The translations under genes and the position numbers were made by a program. A stretch of 64,000 bases of DNA from Mobula birostris (taxonomy: Eukaryota). Shown here in pieces: positions 47,783 through 60,840 of this stretch. Within the stretch, counting starts at the first letter, position 1. Every line of letters starts with the position of its first letter. Where the stretch lies: the NCBI RefSeq assembly GCF_030028105.1, contig NC_092373.1, forward strand, positions 89,095,288 through 89,159,287, read 5' to 3'. The notes under the pieces are model-generated. The model was not told the origin of the DNA. It saw only the letters and a list, made by a program, of their open reading frames with translations, and searched no databases.

Positions 47783-50020
47783 AATCGTTCCTGGGGGCAT
47801 AAGAGAGGGTGAGAGAGAGAGAAAGAGAGAGAGACTGAGGCAAGATCTTTGCCAATAACGGACAAGAGTTTTGTTTAACTTTGCAACATAAATAATAATC
47901 TTTTGGCTATTTGTAAGTACTGGCAGTGCTGGAGGTGAATAAACCTTTGAAACTTTGAACGCATTGGGGAGGGGAGTTTCCTCTGAGCAGTTTGAAGAGG
48001 TTCCAGTACTCTTCAAGCCTGACTTTTCTCTAGCTTTGCAGCATACAGTTGCTTTGATCACCTGTCAACACAATGCAACACACACATGGGCTCCCACTGG
48101 GAAGCCGTGTTTTCCAAGTATCGAGAGACAAGAAGTGAAAATATCCTAATTATGACACTGAACTTCTTTACTTGAAGATAAACATCCCAACAAAGTATAT
48201 CTGATACATTGACTGTATGAGCATTCACAGGGGTGTCATGTCGGGTTAGAACCCTATAATTACAAGTAAATTGCATCAGTCTAGATCACCAGGAGCACTT
48301 TTCCTGGTATTTTTCCCCCCAACAACACGGCCATTCATTTCTTTTTAGTAATAGTATATGGAGCAATGGTATAAATGTTTGTGAGCTGTGAAAGAAAAAT
48401 GGTTGTTGATAATTCTCAAAGGGTCAGGAATGACTGACACTACTTGTGTAGTTTTTAACACTGTCAAGTTGGTAGAGAATGCATTGTTAAGTGTGGGATC
48501 GTTACTGGCTGGGCATTAGGGAGGTTCTGTTCACTGGGAGTTAAACAGATCAGTCATCTACAGGAACCTGCGCATGCAAATGACTTACGCTGGGCTTTCT
48601 TATAATGGAAAGGGTTAACAGTATGATAGAATAGGAAGAGAAGGCGTTTTTTTTAAAAAGAAAAAAAGTAATAGAAGCACACACACACAACAGGCCCAAC
48701 TGCAAAATGACATAATGGCAGCTATTTAAAATTTAGAATCTTCCCAGGAAACTATATAAGAAGTTCCTGTGCTTTCTGGTTTTCAGAAGGGATGAGGCCA
48801 ATAAGTGGGTGTGAGCTTGGTGGGGAGGGGGAAGGGTGGCACAACGGAATGGTTCTTAGAATTGGTCCTGCCTTTGTACATTGTTCACTATGTGGTAGAA
48901 GTGTTTGTAGCGTTGTTGTGTTTTAAAGTATGGCTGTCACTTTGAGCCTAAAAGGCAGTGGCTAGGGGAAAAAGAGTCTTGTAATCTGAGCTGGGATGGT
49001 GGGAAATGTTGGGCAGGAGAGAGTTGCCACTATTGCAAAGAATAAATAAAGGAAAACAAATTGAACTGAATATAATCAGAATATCTTATTGAGTTGTTGG
49101 GTAGTTACAAAAGGATGGTGTCTGTGGCCCAGATGAAACCATGCAGCTTTCTATTCATCCCAAGAATTCACTTACTCCTTAACATTGTTTATAGGTTGTG
49201 CTGCTTTTCAGGGGAGAAAAATGGAGTGCAAATGACACACTGAAAAACAAAGTACAAGGTTACACAATAAATGCATGTTATCTTCCAACTTATTTATATA
49301 CATCCTAAGAATTTTGTTTTAGGTTTTCAGATTCCTGCTTTAAACACTCACTTCCTTAAAAATGTTCCAAGTTTTGCAGTTGCCTGTTATTATTTGAGAC
49401 AGGTAGGTGTTTCCCATGAAGGTGATTTAATGTGCCAAGAGCGAGCCTAGTTACAGCCTCAGCTCTGTGTACAGTTTGCCCTGATCACAACCAGTAGGTA
49501 ACTGCATATCAACGCCCATTAAACAAACCCTGGTTTTGAGAAAATAATGTTTGGCTGAGTTGTAAATGTCACAAGATTATTTTCCACAATTATTCTTTAT
49601 GGCACATCGACACAGCAGAAAGCACCAGAAGGAACCTCAAAGGTGTAAAAGGGTAAAATGAAATCAGGTATGTTTGCAGCTTAAAATAGAGTCTGTGTGT
49701 CAGGATTCTGACAGATTTATAAAGATTCCTGTTTCCAAACTCTGCAGAAACCATGCAGCTCTGTTCACTCCATTTAATTTATCAAGAGCTTGTTTGCTGG
49801 TTTATCTCCTTCACTATAACCTTGCAGTTGAGGATTTAAATCCCCATCCCTTTTAGACTGTTACAACCTGGTTCCTGTTTTTATATCAGTTCCTATTTTA
49901 CTTACGTACTGCCATTATTCTAGCTGGTGATTGTGACTCTTTCAAAAGTATATATTTTAATAAATTTTTGCACTGTCTTAACTTTCAGTTATGAAATAAA
50001 ATGTGATTAGAAGTCAAACT
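47783..50020 (+). other. GPC1: Probable GPC1 3'UTR (end uncertain; may extend to ~52150)
   Basis: TE-free, AU-rich sequence after the stop; AATAAA at 47938, 49041, 49266, 49959, 49995, and also 51993 and 52131. Confidence 0.55.
49959..50000 (+). terminator. Tandem polyadenylation signals (AATAAA at 49959-49964 and 49995-50000)
   Basis: Two canonical hexamers in an AT-rich context with downstream T-rich sequence. Confidence 0.45.
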
Positions 50021-52279
50021 GGTTTTAATTTTAAAGGACCTGGAAAAGTTGGGGTGACTGTCTTCTTGGTGCATCATATATCATCCTTCCATTCACCCTG
50101 TCCCTCCTGCTTTACTCTGTGGTTCCTTGCTGAACCAAAGTTCCTGTTATTTGCTGCTATTCTCTGAATGTGTTTAACTCATCTGCTCTGTACAATGTGT
50201 AAAACTTACTGGAAAATACATTATTATTAATGTATAACCTCTACATTTGCTCATGCTGCCCCCTCTATGTGTCTGTCTTCCATTTTTACTTTGTCTCACT
50301 CTTCACATCTTTTGCAGTCATCCTCCTCAATTGTCTTTCTATTGCATGCATTCTCTCCGAGTTCTCTTGTTCCCATCCGCTCAGTGATTTTCTCTCTAAC
50401 ATCCTTCGACAGCAGTTTGCCTGTCCTGTAAAGCAAGAGACACAGCTCACGTGAGATTGAATCTCTTCAAAATCTTCGTATGAATTGTTTAGGATCTTTT
50501 GTAATTTTGTGCCTGTCAATTCCTATAAACCTTTTAAGTTAAAAAAAAATGGGATCTTTTCATTATAACGGTGGGGAATTTGTGAATGAGGTGAAAGATC
50601 TGATGGTAGGGAAGAGAACATCTTTTTTTATTATTTTAATCCATTAAGAACTCATTGTTAAGAGACAGCATGGCGGAATCTGCATATACTGCTTTCTGAG
50701 TTATAAGTCCCAGTTCCTACTTGGAAATGCTCTTTGCAACTGTCTTCAAAGGTAGATAGAGTAAGATAGGCAAGAGGGAGTATTGTCACTCTTGCTGATA
50801 TCACATAACATTTATGGATGTGGGGAAATATGTTGACAATAGGTTCTGTAGACACTGCAGAAACAGCAAATGTGTTCTTCTCAAAAATATTAAGACACAA
50901 AATGTCCCACTTTCTGACCCTTCTCTGTTTAAGTTGCTTTGTCTCTGTGTTTATTGTACCTATATCAGCTCAGGGTTCATGCAGTTCTGACACAAAACGT
51001 GTTGAAGCAGGCGATAAAAGGTTCACCTTCTTCCTTTGATGCAGAACACTGTACAATTGTGGATATCAGTAGAGGATCCTTGTGGGAAGAGGTTGTTTCA
51101 ATTCCTTTGATACACTACCAATGGTAACACACGCATTGTGACAGACTGATCTTTACAAAAAAAGCAGTGTCTGATTTATTGGGATCTTTCAACTGCAAGC
51201 TGCATTTTTATTCTTGTTTGATTAGTTGATTCTGACAAACTGTGTGGATTTGTCCTTGTTTCTGGAGATGAAGGGTGGTGGGGGCCAATTTCTTCTGTTT
51301 CTTGTGAGCTGACCAGTTTATTGGACTTGGATTCCATGCTGTACTAAGGGGCCCATGTTGTTGCTTGTGGGTCTGGGCTCAGTGACTAACAAACAAGAGA
51401 GGAATCTTTTGGGTTGTCTCAAGCCAACCCTCTCAGATTTTCCATTTAGTTAGTCAACGTGGAATAAGGGCTGAAGATTGTGAGCAGTTTTGTCTTAACA
51501 AGAAGGTGGTGTTACATTTTATCCAGCTGTTTGCGTTCTCTCATCCCTCTCAGTACTCGTAAACAAACTACAGCCTGACTCTTGTACTGAAGGATTGAGC
51601 ACAGCTTTTTGAAGGGAGAGGGGTGAGCCCACCACACACTGGACTCACCATGCTCACAATTTTGGGCAAAAGAAGCACAAGCCTGTCCTTTACAGACCTA
51701 CCCACCTAAAGAGCTTGTTGATGTTGGTAAAAGCGTCACACACCAGCTGACCCACCTCACAAGTCTTTCTTTTTAAACTCAAAAGGAATGTATTAAATGC
51801 CAATGTGATAGTCTCCTTTTCACTTTCTGTTAATTGTTTGATCGGGTCATTTATTGTGAGTATCCTCCAAGATTAAGATTGTTGACTCATTCTTTACTGT
51901 GTTATTTTGTTTTGATGCTGTAAGAAAAATAACAGAAAGAAAGGGACAAATTCACCCATTTACTACATGCTTGGTTGCAAAGCTTTTGAGAAAATAAAAA
52001 GAACATTTTGAGTCTTTGTCTCAGATGTTCTTGGCTCGTGTGAAAGTTGCACTTCATAACCTCAGGCCACCCCAGAATACCTTGCACTCTGTGAGCTTAT
52101 TGAAGGATAGTTACCATTAAAAATTGGGGAAATAAAACAGTCAATTTGGGGCCAGCAAATTACTACAAATAGATCTGAGATAAGATTTTGATATGACCGA
52201 AGATTGTGATCACGTTGCTTTTCCGAGATCTACAGGTAGAAGTGGTCACACTTTACTTAGCTGCTTACACTAAGTAGAC

Positions 52280-53510
52280 TTTAAGACCTTAATATATAGA
52301 AGCAGAATTAGTCCATCTGGTATGCTCTGCCTTTCAGTTGTGGCTGATATTTCTTCAATCTTATTCTACTTTATCACGTAACCCTTAGCCATTGTAGAAG
52401 TAAAAAGCCTATCAATGTCAAGCCTATGCCTTAAATACACCCAAGTTCTTGGCCTCCACTGCACTCTGTGGCACAGGCTCAGCACCCTGTGGCTGGAGAA
52501 ATTCCTCGGTTTTAATGGGAAGTCCTCTTACTCTGAGGCTGTGTCCTCAGATCTTAGGTTCTCCTACTGGTGACAACATTCTCTCTACGGTCAATTCTCT
52601 CCAGTAGGTTTCAGTGAGAAGTCCACCCCCGCCCCACCCCCAGTCATTCTGACTCCATCGGATGGAGGCCCAGAGATACCAAATGCTCCTCATTCCTTAA
52701 GCCCCTTTCAATCCCAAACCTTCTCTGGACTCTCTGCAGGGTCCTTACGTATGGGATGCAGGATTACTCCTAATATTCCAGATGTGGTCAGACCAATGCC
52801 CTGTTAGACAGCAGCAGTACAGCCTTGCTTTTATGCCCTCGTCTGTTCAAGGTGAATGCTAGCATTGCATTTGCCTCCTGTGATCTCTGCCCCACGGTTG
52901 CAGCATTGTCCTCCAAAGTACAGAAACCATCTTGTGGAATTATTTACATATGCCTGAGAGAGGAAGTGAGAACTCCATGACTCCAATAAAGCCATTCTTT
53001 AAGGTGACAATAGCTAGCTAGCCACAACTGCATCCCCAAGTCCCTGGAGTGTGATTTGAATCTATTCTCATGGATCACAGAACCTCAGCAAACTCTCCAG
53101 CCCTGAATAGTCTTTATGGGAGCTGCAGCTTGACCAGACTCCAGATTCTCCTCCCCCCAGGCACCAAGTACTCAGCTGCTAAGTTTACAAGAGTGCCTTT
53201 GAGAGATCCCACATGGAAACAGGCCCTTCAGCCCAATTAACATATACTGACCCATTTATACTAACCCTTAACTATTCCCATTTTGTTTCCCACACTTTCC
53301 CCTTTACCCTAAGATTCTACTGCTCACCTAACACATATGGCTAATTTTCAATGGCCAACTAATCAATCAATCTTTGAGGCAGAGGAGAACCTTAGGAAAC
53401 CCACACACAGTGAGGGAAGAACATGCAAACTCCTGATAGACACAGTCTGACATGAGGATTAAACCTGTGTTAGTGGAGCTTTGAGGCAGCAGCACTACCA
53501 GCTCCAACAC
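52280..53510 (-). mobile_element. Degraded CR1 3' fragment (~52280-52880) and V-SINE (~53205-53510)
   Basis: Reverse CR1 tail (ATAGAAGCAGAATTAGTCCATC...); V-SINE GGAAACAGGCCCTTCAGCCC...GAAGAACATGCAAACTCC. Confidence 0.7.
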
Positions 53511-53511
53511 A

Positions 53512-54015
53512 CTGGTCCATGGCCTCCTCTTGCCATGATGAGGCCACTCTCAGGATGGAGGAGCAACACCTCATATTCTGTCCGGGTAGCCTCCATCCTG
53601 ATGGCGTGAACATCGATTACTCCTTCCTGTAATTTTTTCCCCTTCTCTTTCCTTGTATATCCCACTCTGGCTTCTTACCTCTTCTCCTCACCTGCCTATC
53701 ACCTACCCCTGGAGCACCTCCCCTTCCTCCATTGTCCACTCTCCTATCCAATTCCTTCCTCTCCAGCCCTTTACCTTTCCCACCCACTTGGCTTCACCTG
53801 GTCATCAGCTTCCAGCTGGTCATCCTTCTCCCTCCCCCCCCCGCCTTTTATTCTTGTGACATCCCCTTTCCTTTCCGGTCCTGATGAAGGGTCTTGTCCT
53901 GAAACATCAACTTTTTGTTAATTTTTATAGAGGCTGCCTGACCTGCAGAGTTCCTCCAGCATTTGGTGTCTATTGCTCTGGACTTCCAGCATCTACAGAA
54001 CCTCGTGTGTTTACT
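53512..54015 (+). mobile_element. Penelope-like element 3' end
   Basis: HDEATLRMEEQHLIFCPGSLHPDGVNIDYS, followed by pyrimidine tract and terminus. Confidence 0.85.
53876..53912 (+). ncRNA. Minimal type I hammerhead ribozyme motif, degenerate stems
   Basis: CTGATGA (53881-53887), AGG-loop-CCT, GAAA (53901-53904), CA-TC. Confidence 0.55.
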
Positions 54016-55600
54016 ATTAACTTTTTGCCATTTTCGTTGTGGATTCATTACCGCCCACCTCAATGGCCTTTCAGCCTGAGCTGTCCTTAGTATAAGTCAT
54101 CGTATGAGTGGAACTGGTCAATTTGACCACACAAACATCAGAACTGAATCCTATTGGATACTCATTCAGAAACCATGAGTGATTTCCCAACTACCAGTAC
54201 CAAACCATGAGATTCAAGTGCATCTCCTTTGCTATTGCATCGTTTGGCTTACAGGTTTGCAGTGGAGACCTTCTTTGTTCCCAACATATGCCTACAGCCC
54301 TAACCCTTCCCCTCCCCTCCCCTCCTCACCCCACCCCACCCCACCCCCCCCATTCCTTCTTTCACCCACAGAAGCAGCAATGTCAAAGAAGCCATTCAAC
54401 AAGATTCCCAAGAAAAATCTGTTGGCAGAAAGTAAAAGTGCACGGCACTGGAGTCATCTTGCTGGGAGAAGGGCAGTAGAGATTATGGGCATGAAACCAT
54501 TGACAGAATGTGGGACATGGTGACCAGTGAATTATGGTGTGGAGCCTTGGCTTTTCATTATATTTTTCAATGACTAGAAAGAGGAAAGAATGACTTAACT
54601 ACAAAGTGACACTGATAGATCAACTGTGGTAGGTGAACGAGAATATGAGGAAGTGTTGATCCCAAAATGATAGAAGGTAAGAAAATAAGAGCTGAGCCTC
54701 TCAAGCCTGCCCCACTATTCAAATATGATGGTGTCTGATCCATGCTGACCTCAGCTCCTCTTCTGTGCCAGTTCCCATACCCTTCAATTCCTCAGTCATT
54801 CTACTTCCTCTTTAAATAACCCCAGTGATCCAGCCACCACAATTCTACCATACAGAGAATTTCAGAGATTCACCACCTCTGAAAAATGACCCTACAATGC
54901 TCAGCTTTAAATTATTCCTCATTTGACTATATCACACCAGTAAAATCATCTCAACATCTACTCTATTGTACCCCCTATGGACCTTTATATAATTCAATAG
55001 TTAGTAGTTCATTGAAGGGTAGTGGACAAGTGTAAAAAGATAATTTAAAAGTAGTATAAAAGTTAGCCTTCCTCTCAGGGCCAGAAGTTATACGTATTTG
55101 AATAATTTGTAAATTATAGTGCTCAGGGAAAACAGTTTAATTCCAAGTGTCACACCTTCGGAAAAATATCACCATAGTTGTCTTTGATGGAATGTCATCT
55201 AATTGGAACCGGTGCAAATTGCATTTAATTATTTAGGCAAAGTGCAGAAATTTGAATCCATTGATGATTTTTAAAAAAGGTGCTTAAAGGTCTCGATATG
55301 GAGTTAATGAAAATTCTTTGCTTGGGGAATTCATCATAAAGGGGAAATTGGAGAAAGTGCTGCAGATGCTGAAAATCTGAAATAAGATCAGAAAATGCCG
55401 CAAATGCTTAGCAAACTAGGCAGTGTCGATGTAACATGCAAACTGGGTTTAACATCAGAGCCCAGTCAATCCAGCTGTGAGAAGCAGAAGCTCATAAATT
55501 AATTGGTCCAAACCTGGAACTAATTACAGTGTGAAAATTGGGCAATTGATGTTAAGTGATTAGTAAACAAATGAGTTAAGTGGAATTGGGATCCAGACCA

Positions 55601-56554
55601 CAATGGGTGCAGAAAGTCAGACAAGCCAAAGCATTGATATGTCCAGATTCATCCTCAGTTCTAGCAAGTTTAAGGTCTTTTCACACAAACAGTCGGCAAG
55701 ATGTACTTTATGAAGTCTTTCAGTTAGTTACAAGAATTGCAAATCAGGGAGGTCAGGTAAAATTTCTATGGGTTCCAGCACATGTAGGGGTGAAGGGGAA
55801 TGAGAGGGTGGATGAGTTGGCAAAGAGGGCGTTAAAGAAAGAAAATGTGGAAATGCACATTAGTATCAGTAAAGCAGAGGTTAAGTGTGTAATCTGGGAA
55901 AAAGTCAACCGAATGTGGCAAGAAAGGTGGGACAGGGAGGGGAAAGGGAGGCATTTATATCAAATACAAAAGAGTGTTGCAGTTACTAGGGTAGGTAATG
56001 GAAACAGAAGAGAGGAAATTGTGTGGACTAGGTTAAGGCTGGGGCATTGTGCATTAAACAAAACATTGAAAATGATAGGGACACACCAAACAGGATTGTG
56101 TGAGGAATGTCAGGAAGAGGAGTCAGTAGAACATGTAGTTCTGAGTTGCAGGAAGTATGGGATACAGAGAGAGATGATGAGAAATAAATTAAGGGAGTTG
56201 GGGATGCAGGAATTCACATTAAAAGGGTTGCTGGGCGTGGGTGAGAGAGCACAAGTCCGGGTATTTTTAGCGTTTTTAAGGGGCACAGGGTTTTTTTTAA
56301 TAGAATATGACAAATAAACAGGAATAGGATACTAGGATGGTCAAAGATGGGAGGGTGAAGTGTAGATTTGTGTATGTATGTGTATATATATATATACACA
56401 TGTGTGTGTGTGTATGTATATATATATACACGTGTGCGTGATTGGGTGAAGGGATTTAGAATGTATGTCTAGTGCACATTCTGGAGCAGAGGGTGGCGGT
56501 AATGCACCATTAAGCTGGATGCCAACTACCGTAAAACAAGATACAGACAGACAA
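55601..56554 (+). mobile_element. 5'-truncated I/Nimb-clade LINE (RNase H plus CCHC zinc knuckle), apparently young
   Basis: Uninterrupted ORF DSSSVL...FLWVPAHVGVKGNERVDELAK...RLRLGHCALN...CEECQEEESVEHVVLSC; 3'UTR with TA/TG microsatellite; (CAGA)n tail; perfect 12-bp TSD GGATCCAGACCA (55589-55600, 56555-56566). Confidence 0.92.
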
Positions 56555-57212
56555 GGATCCAGACCAGGCCTGATCTAATTGTGTGGAGGAATTGGTATGA
56601 GCTTTCTAATTCTAGTAAAGACCCAAAGGGTCAATGCAGCCGGGAAGATCAGAGTAGGGCAGATTTCTCATTCAGTGGACTGGGCTGGAGTAGAAATCAG
56701 ATCAGTTCAAGGTCAGGGTCACAGTAAAACATGACCCTCAGGAAACACATGAAAGCAAGAGCAGATGTAGATCTTTTGGCACCTCAAGCCTGGTCATGGC
56801 CCCATTCAATGTGATCATGAGTTTTTGGTTTCAGGCCTCAACTCCTCTGTCACAGATCTCCAAAGCTCTTAACCCTCCTCTCCCCATCTGATCTTTAAGA
56901 AACTTTTCTACCTCCACTTTAAATACTTACAATGAGTTGGTCTGCACACCTCTCTGAGGCAGTGAATTCCTGCAAGAAATTTCTATGTAGCTTCATTTTA
57001 AATGATCAGCCCCCGATCTTGCAAACATGTCATCTCGACCCACTAGTGAAAACTTATGCCATCTCCCCTGACATGCCCACTTAGGATTTTATGTGTCTCG
57101 CCCCTCATTTTTCCAAATTCTAATGGATATATAGCTCCAACCCATTTATACTCTCTTGTTGGAATTTCCTCTGGACTGCCTCCAATGCTACTACATCCCT
57201 TCTTAAACAGTA

Positions 57213-60200
57213 AAGGACGGGTTACACCTGAACCTGAAGGGGACCTATATCCTGGCAGGAAAGTTTAATAGAGCTGTTAGAGAGAGTTTAAACTCGTTTG
57301 GCAGGGGGATGGGAACTGGAATGATGGAGTAGAGGAGGGGGAAAACAGAAATAAATCCAAGATAGTAAAGATGTCAGGAAGGACAGGCAGGTGATGGGGA
57401 AAATTTGCAGCCATTGGGATGAGTTGCAGTGCAATCAAAGCAAGAAGTACCAAATCCTGGACTTAAAGTGTTATAATTAAATGCACGCAGCATAAGGAAT
57501 AAGGTGGATGATCTTGTCGTACAACTACAGATTGGCAGGTATGATATTGTGGCCATCACTGAGACGTGGCTAAACGATGCACGTCTCTGGGAGCTGAACA
57601 TCCAAGGATACACGGTGTATCGGAAGGATAGGCAGGTAGGCAGAGGGGGAGGCGTGATTTTATTGGTAAGAAATGTATTAAATCATTAGAAAGAGGTGAC
57701 TTAGGATCGGAAGGTGCAGAATCTTTATGGGTTGAGCTAAGAAATCACAGGGGTAAAAGGACCTTGATGGCAGTTATATACAGGCCTCTTGATAGCTGCA
57801 GTGATGTGGACTACAAATTACAACAGGAAACAGAAATGGCTTGTCTTGAGGGCAGTGTTATGATAATTGTGGGGGATTTTAACATGCTAGTGGATTGGGA
57901 AAATCAGGTCAGCACTGGATCTCGAGAGAGAATTTGTAGAATGTCTACGAGATGGCTTTTTAGAACAGCTTGTTGTTGAGCCCACTAGGGGATCTGCTGT
58001 ACTGGATTGGGTATTGTGTAATGAACCAGAGGTGACTAGAGAGATTGAGGTGAAGGAACCCTTAGGAGGCAGTGATCATAACATGATTGAGTTCACTGTG
58101 AAATTTGAGAAAGAGAAGCCAAAATCCGATCTGTCGGCATTTCAGTGGAGTAAAGGAAATTACACTGGCATGACAGAGGAACTGGCCAAAGTTGACTGGA
58201 AAGGGACACTAGCGGGAAGGATGGCAGAGCAGCAGTGGCTGGAGTTTATGCGAGAAGTAAGGAAGGTGCAAGACAGATATATTCCAAAAAAGAAGAAATT
58301 TTTAAATGGAAAAAGGATGCAACTGTGGCTGATAAGAGAAGTCAAAGCCAAAGTTATAGCAAAGGAGAGAGCATACAAGGAAGCAAAAATTAGTGGGAAG
58401 ACAGAGGATTGGGAAGTTTTTAAAATCTTACAAAAGGAAACTAAGAAGGTCATTAAGAGAGAAAAGATGAACCATGAAAGGAAGCTAGCAAATAATATCA
58501 AAGGGGATACTAAAAGCTTTTTCAAGAATATAAAGAGTACAAGACAGGTGAGAGTAGATATAGGACCAATAGAAAATGATGCTGCAGAAATTGTAATGGG
58601 GGATAAGGAGATGGCAGAGGAACTGAATGAGTATTTTGCATCAGTCTTCACATCAGCAGTATACCGGACACTCAAGGGCATCAGGGAAGAGAAGTGTGCG
58701 CAGTCACAATTACGACAAAGAAAGTACCAAGGAAGCTGAATAGTCTAAGGGTAGATAAATCTCCCGGACCATATGGAATACACCCTCGTGTTCTGAAGGA
58801 AGCAGCTGTGGAGATTGCAGAAGCATTAGCAATGATCTTTCAAAAGTCAATAGATTTTGGCATAATTCTGGAGGACTGGAAGATTGCAAATTTTACTCCA
58901 CTATTTAAGAAGGAGGCAAGGAAGCAAAAAGGAAATTATACACCTGTTAGCTTGACATCGGTGGTTGGGAAGTTGTTGGAGTTGATTGTCAAGGATGAGG
59001 TTACGGAGTACCTGGAGGCATATGACAAGATAGACAGAACTCAGCATGGTTTCCTTAAAGGAAAATCCTGCCTGACAAACCTATTACAACTTTTTGAAAA
59101 ATTACAAGTAGTCTAGACAAGGGAGATGCACTGGATGTTGTATATTTGAATTTTCAGAAGGCCTTTGACAAGGTGCCACACATGAGGCTGCTTAACAAGA
59201 TAAGAGCCCATGGAATTACAGGAATGTTACATACATGGATAGAGTCTTGGCTGATTGGCAGGAAACAGAGAGTGGGAATAAAGGGATCCTATTCTGGTTG
59301 GCTGCTGGTTACCAGTGGTGTTCCACAGGGGTCCATGTTGGGGCCGCTTCTTTTTATGTTATACATCAATGATTTGGATTATGGAATAGATGACTTTGTG
59401 GCTAAGTTTGCTGACGATACGAAGATAGGTGGAGGGGCCTGTAGTGCTGAGGAAACAGAGAGTCTGCAGAGAGACTTGGATAGATTGGAAGAATGGGCAA
59501 AGTGGCAAATGAAATAGAATGTTGGAAAGTGTATGGTTATGCACTTCGGTAGAAGAAATAAACGGGCAGACTATTATTTAAATGGGGAAAGAATTCAAAG
59601 TTCTGAGATGCAACGGGACTTGGGAGTCCTTGTACAGGATACTCTTAAAGTTAACCTCCAGGTTGAGTCAGTAGTGAAGAAGGGGAATGCAATGTTGGCA
59701 TTCATTCCTAGAGGAACAGAGTATAGGAGCAGGGATGTGATGTTGAGGCTCTATAAGGCGCTGGTGAGACCTCATTTGGAGTACTGTGGGCAGTTTTGGG
59801 CTTCTTATTTAAGAAAGGATGTGCTGACATTGGAGAGGGTACAGAGGAGATTCACTAGAATGATTCCAGGAATGAGAGGGTTAACATATGAGGAACGTTT
59901 GTCTGTTCTTGGACTGTATTCCTTGGAGTTCAGAAGAATGAGGGGGGACCTCATAGAAACATTTCAAATGTTGAAAGGCATGGACAGAGTGGATCTGGCA
60001 AAATTGTTTCCCATGGTGGGGAAGTCTAGTATGAGAGGGCATAACCTGAGGATTGAAAGGCGCCCATTCAGAACAGAGATGCAAAGAAATTTTTTTAGTC
60101 AGAGGGTGGTGAATCTATGGAATTTGTTGCCATGGGCCACCGTGGAGGCCAAGTCATTGGGTGTATTTAAGGCAGAGATTGATAGGTATCTGAATAGCCA

Positions 60201-60336
60201 GGGCATCAAACGTTATGGTGAGAAGGTGGGGAAGTGGGACGAAATTGGAGAATGGATCAGCTGTTGATAGAATGGCGGAGCAGACTCGATGGGCCAAATG
60301 ACTGACTTCTGCTCCTTTGTCTCATGGTCTTATGGT
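57213..60336 (+). mobile_element. Long CR1 LINE: ORF1 esterase C-terminus, endonuclease, RT and 3' tail; ORF2 broken by frameshifts and stops
   Basis: DGLHLN..GT.ILAG.F; NARSIRNK, AITETWL, VGDFN, GSDHNMIEF; FQKAFDKVPH, GVPQGSMLGPLLF, KFADDTK; (TCTTATGG) tail. Confidence 0.95.
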
Positions 60337-60402
60337 ATGTCATAGATGGAAAATAGACAACATAAGTGAGATAAGGGAGAGCTGTTAGTTGCACCCTGAC
60401 GT

Positions 60403-60536
60403 CTCAGTGGAGGAGAAGGAATCGAGTGTTGGTCTCGGTTGATTAGAAAGTATCTGCAGCAGAGGTGGCCTCAGTGGTGGAGAAGGAATCAAGTGTTGAC
60501 CTCATTGGGGGAGAAGGTATCTGCAGCAGAGTTGGT
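60403..60536 (+). repeat. Two-copy 67-bp tandem duplication
   Basis: CTCAGTGG.GGAGAAGGAATC.AGTGTTG...GTATCTGCAGCAGAG starting at 60403 and at 60470. Confidence 0.8.
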
Positions 60537-60549
60537 TGTCTGCACAAAC

Positions 60550-60554
<5 letters not shown>

Positions 60555-60585
<31 letters not shown>

Positions 60586-60840
60586 CCATCCATCCCATAG
60601 GGTGATAATGGTAGAGAGAGAGAAGTGTAACAGCATGTGCATGAATGGATTTTAGATGAGTAGGGGGTTGAACAGGTCCAGACCTACCCTCTTGATATCC
60701 CCTCCTGGATCCAGCGGCATGCTGGGGTTCAAGACGGCTGGGGGAAGTTCTGTTGCAGTGAATGGCCAGACCATGTTTCGATGCAAGGGGTGCCCATTCC
60801 GAGCTTCACAGCACGTGTTTGCTAGATGGCCGTTGCTCAG
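60555..60840 (-). mobile_element. Possible RTE-related non-autonomous element with (GA)n tail
   Basis: (TC)n run then GGCCATCCATCCCATAGGGTGATAATGG, resembling the RTE-type end at 2573-2600; boundary uncertain. Confidence 0.35.

Noticed and set aside
55580-56317. 245-aa ORF as a host RNase H gene
   Set aside because: It lies within a TSD-bounded, 5'-truncated LINE; the apparent start codon is in the flank.
57213-60336. Active autonomous CR1
   Set aside because: ORF2 is split into several frames by frameshifts and stops, and the 5' end is missing.
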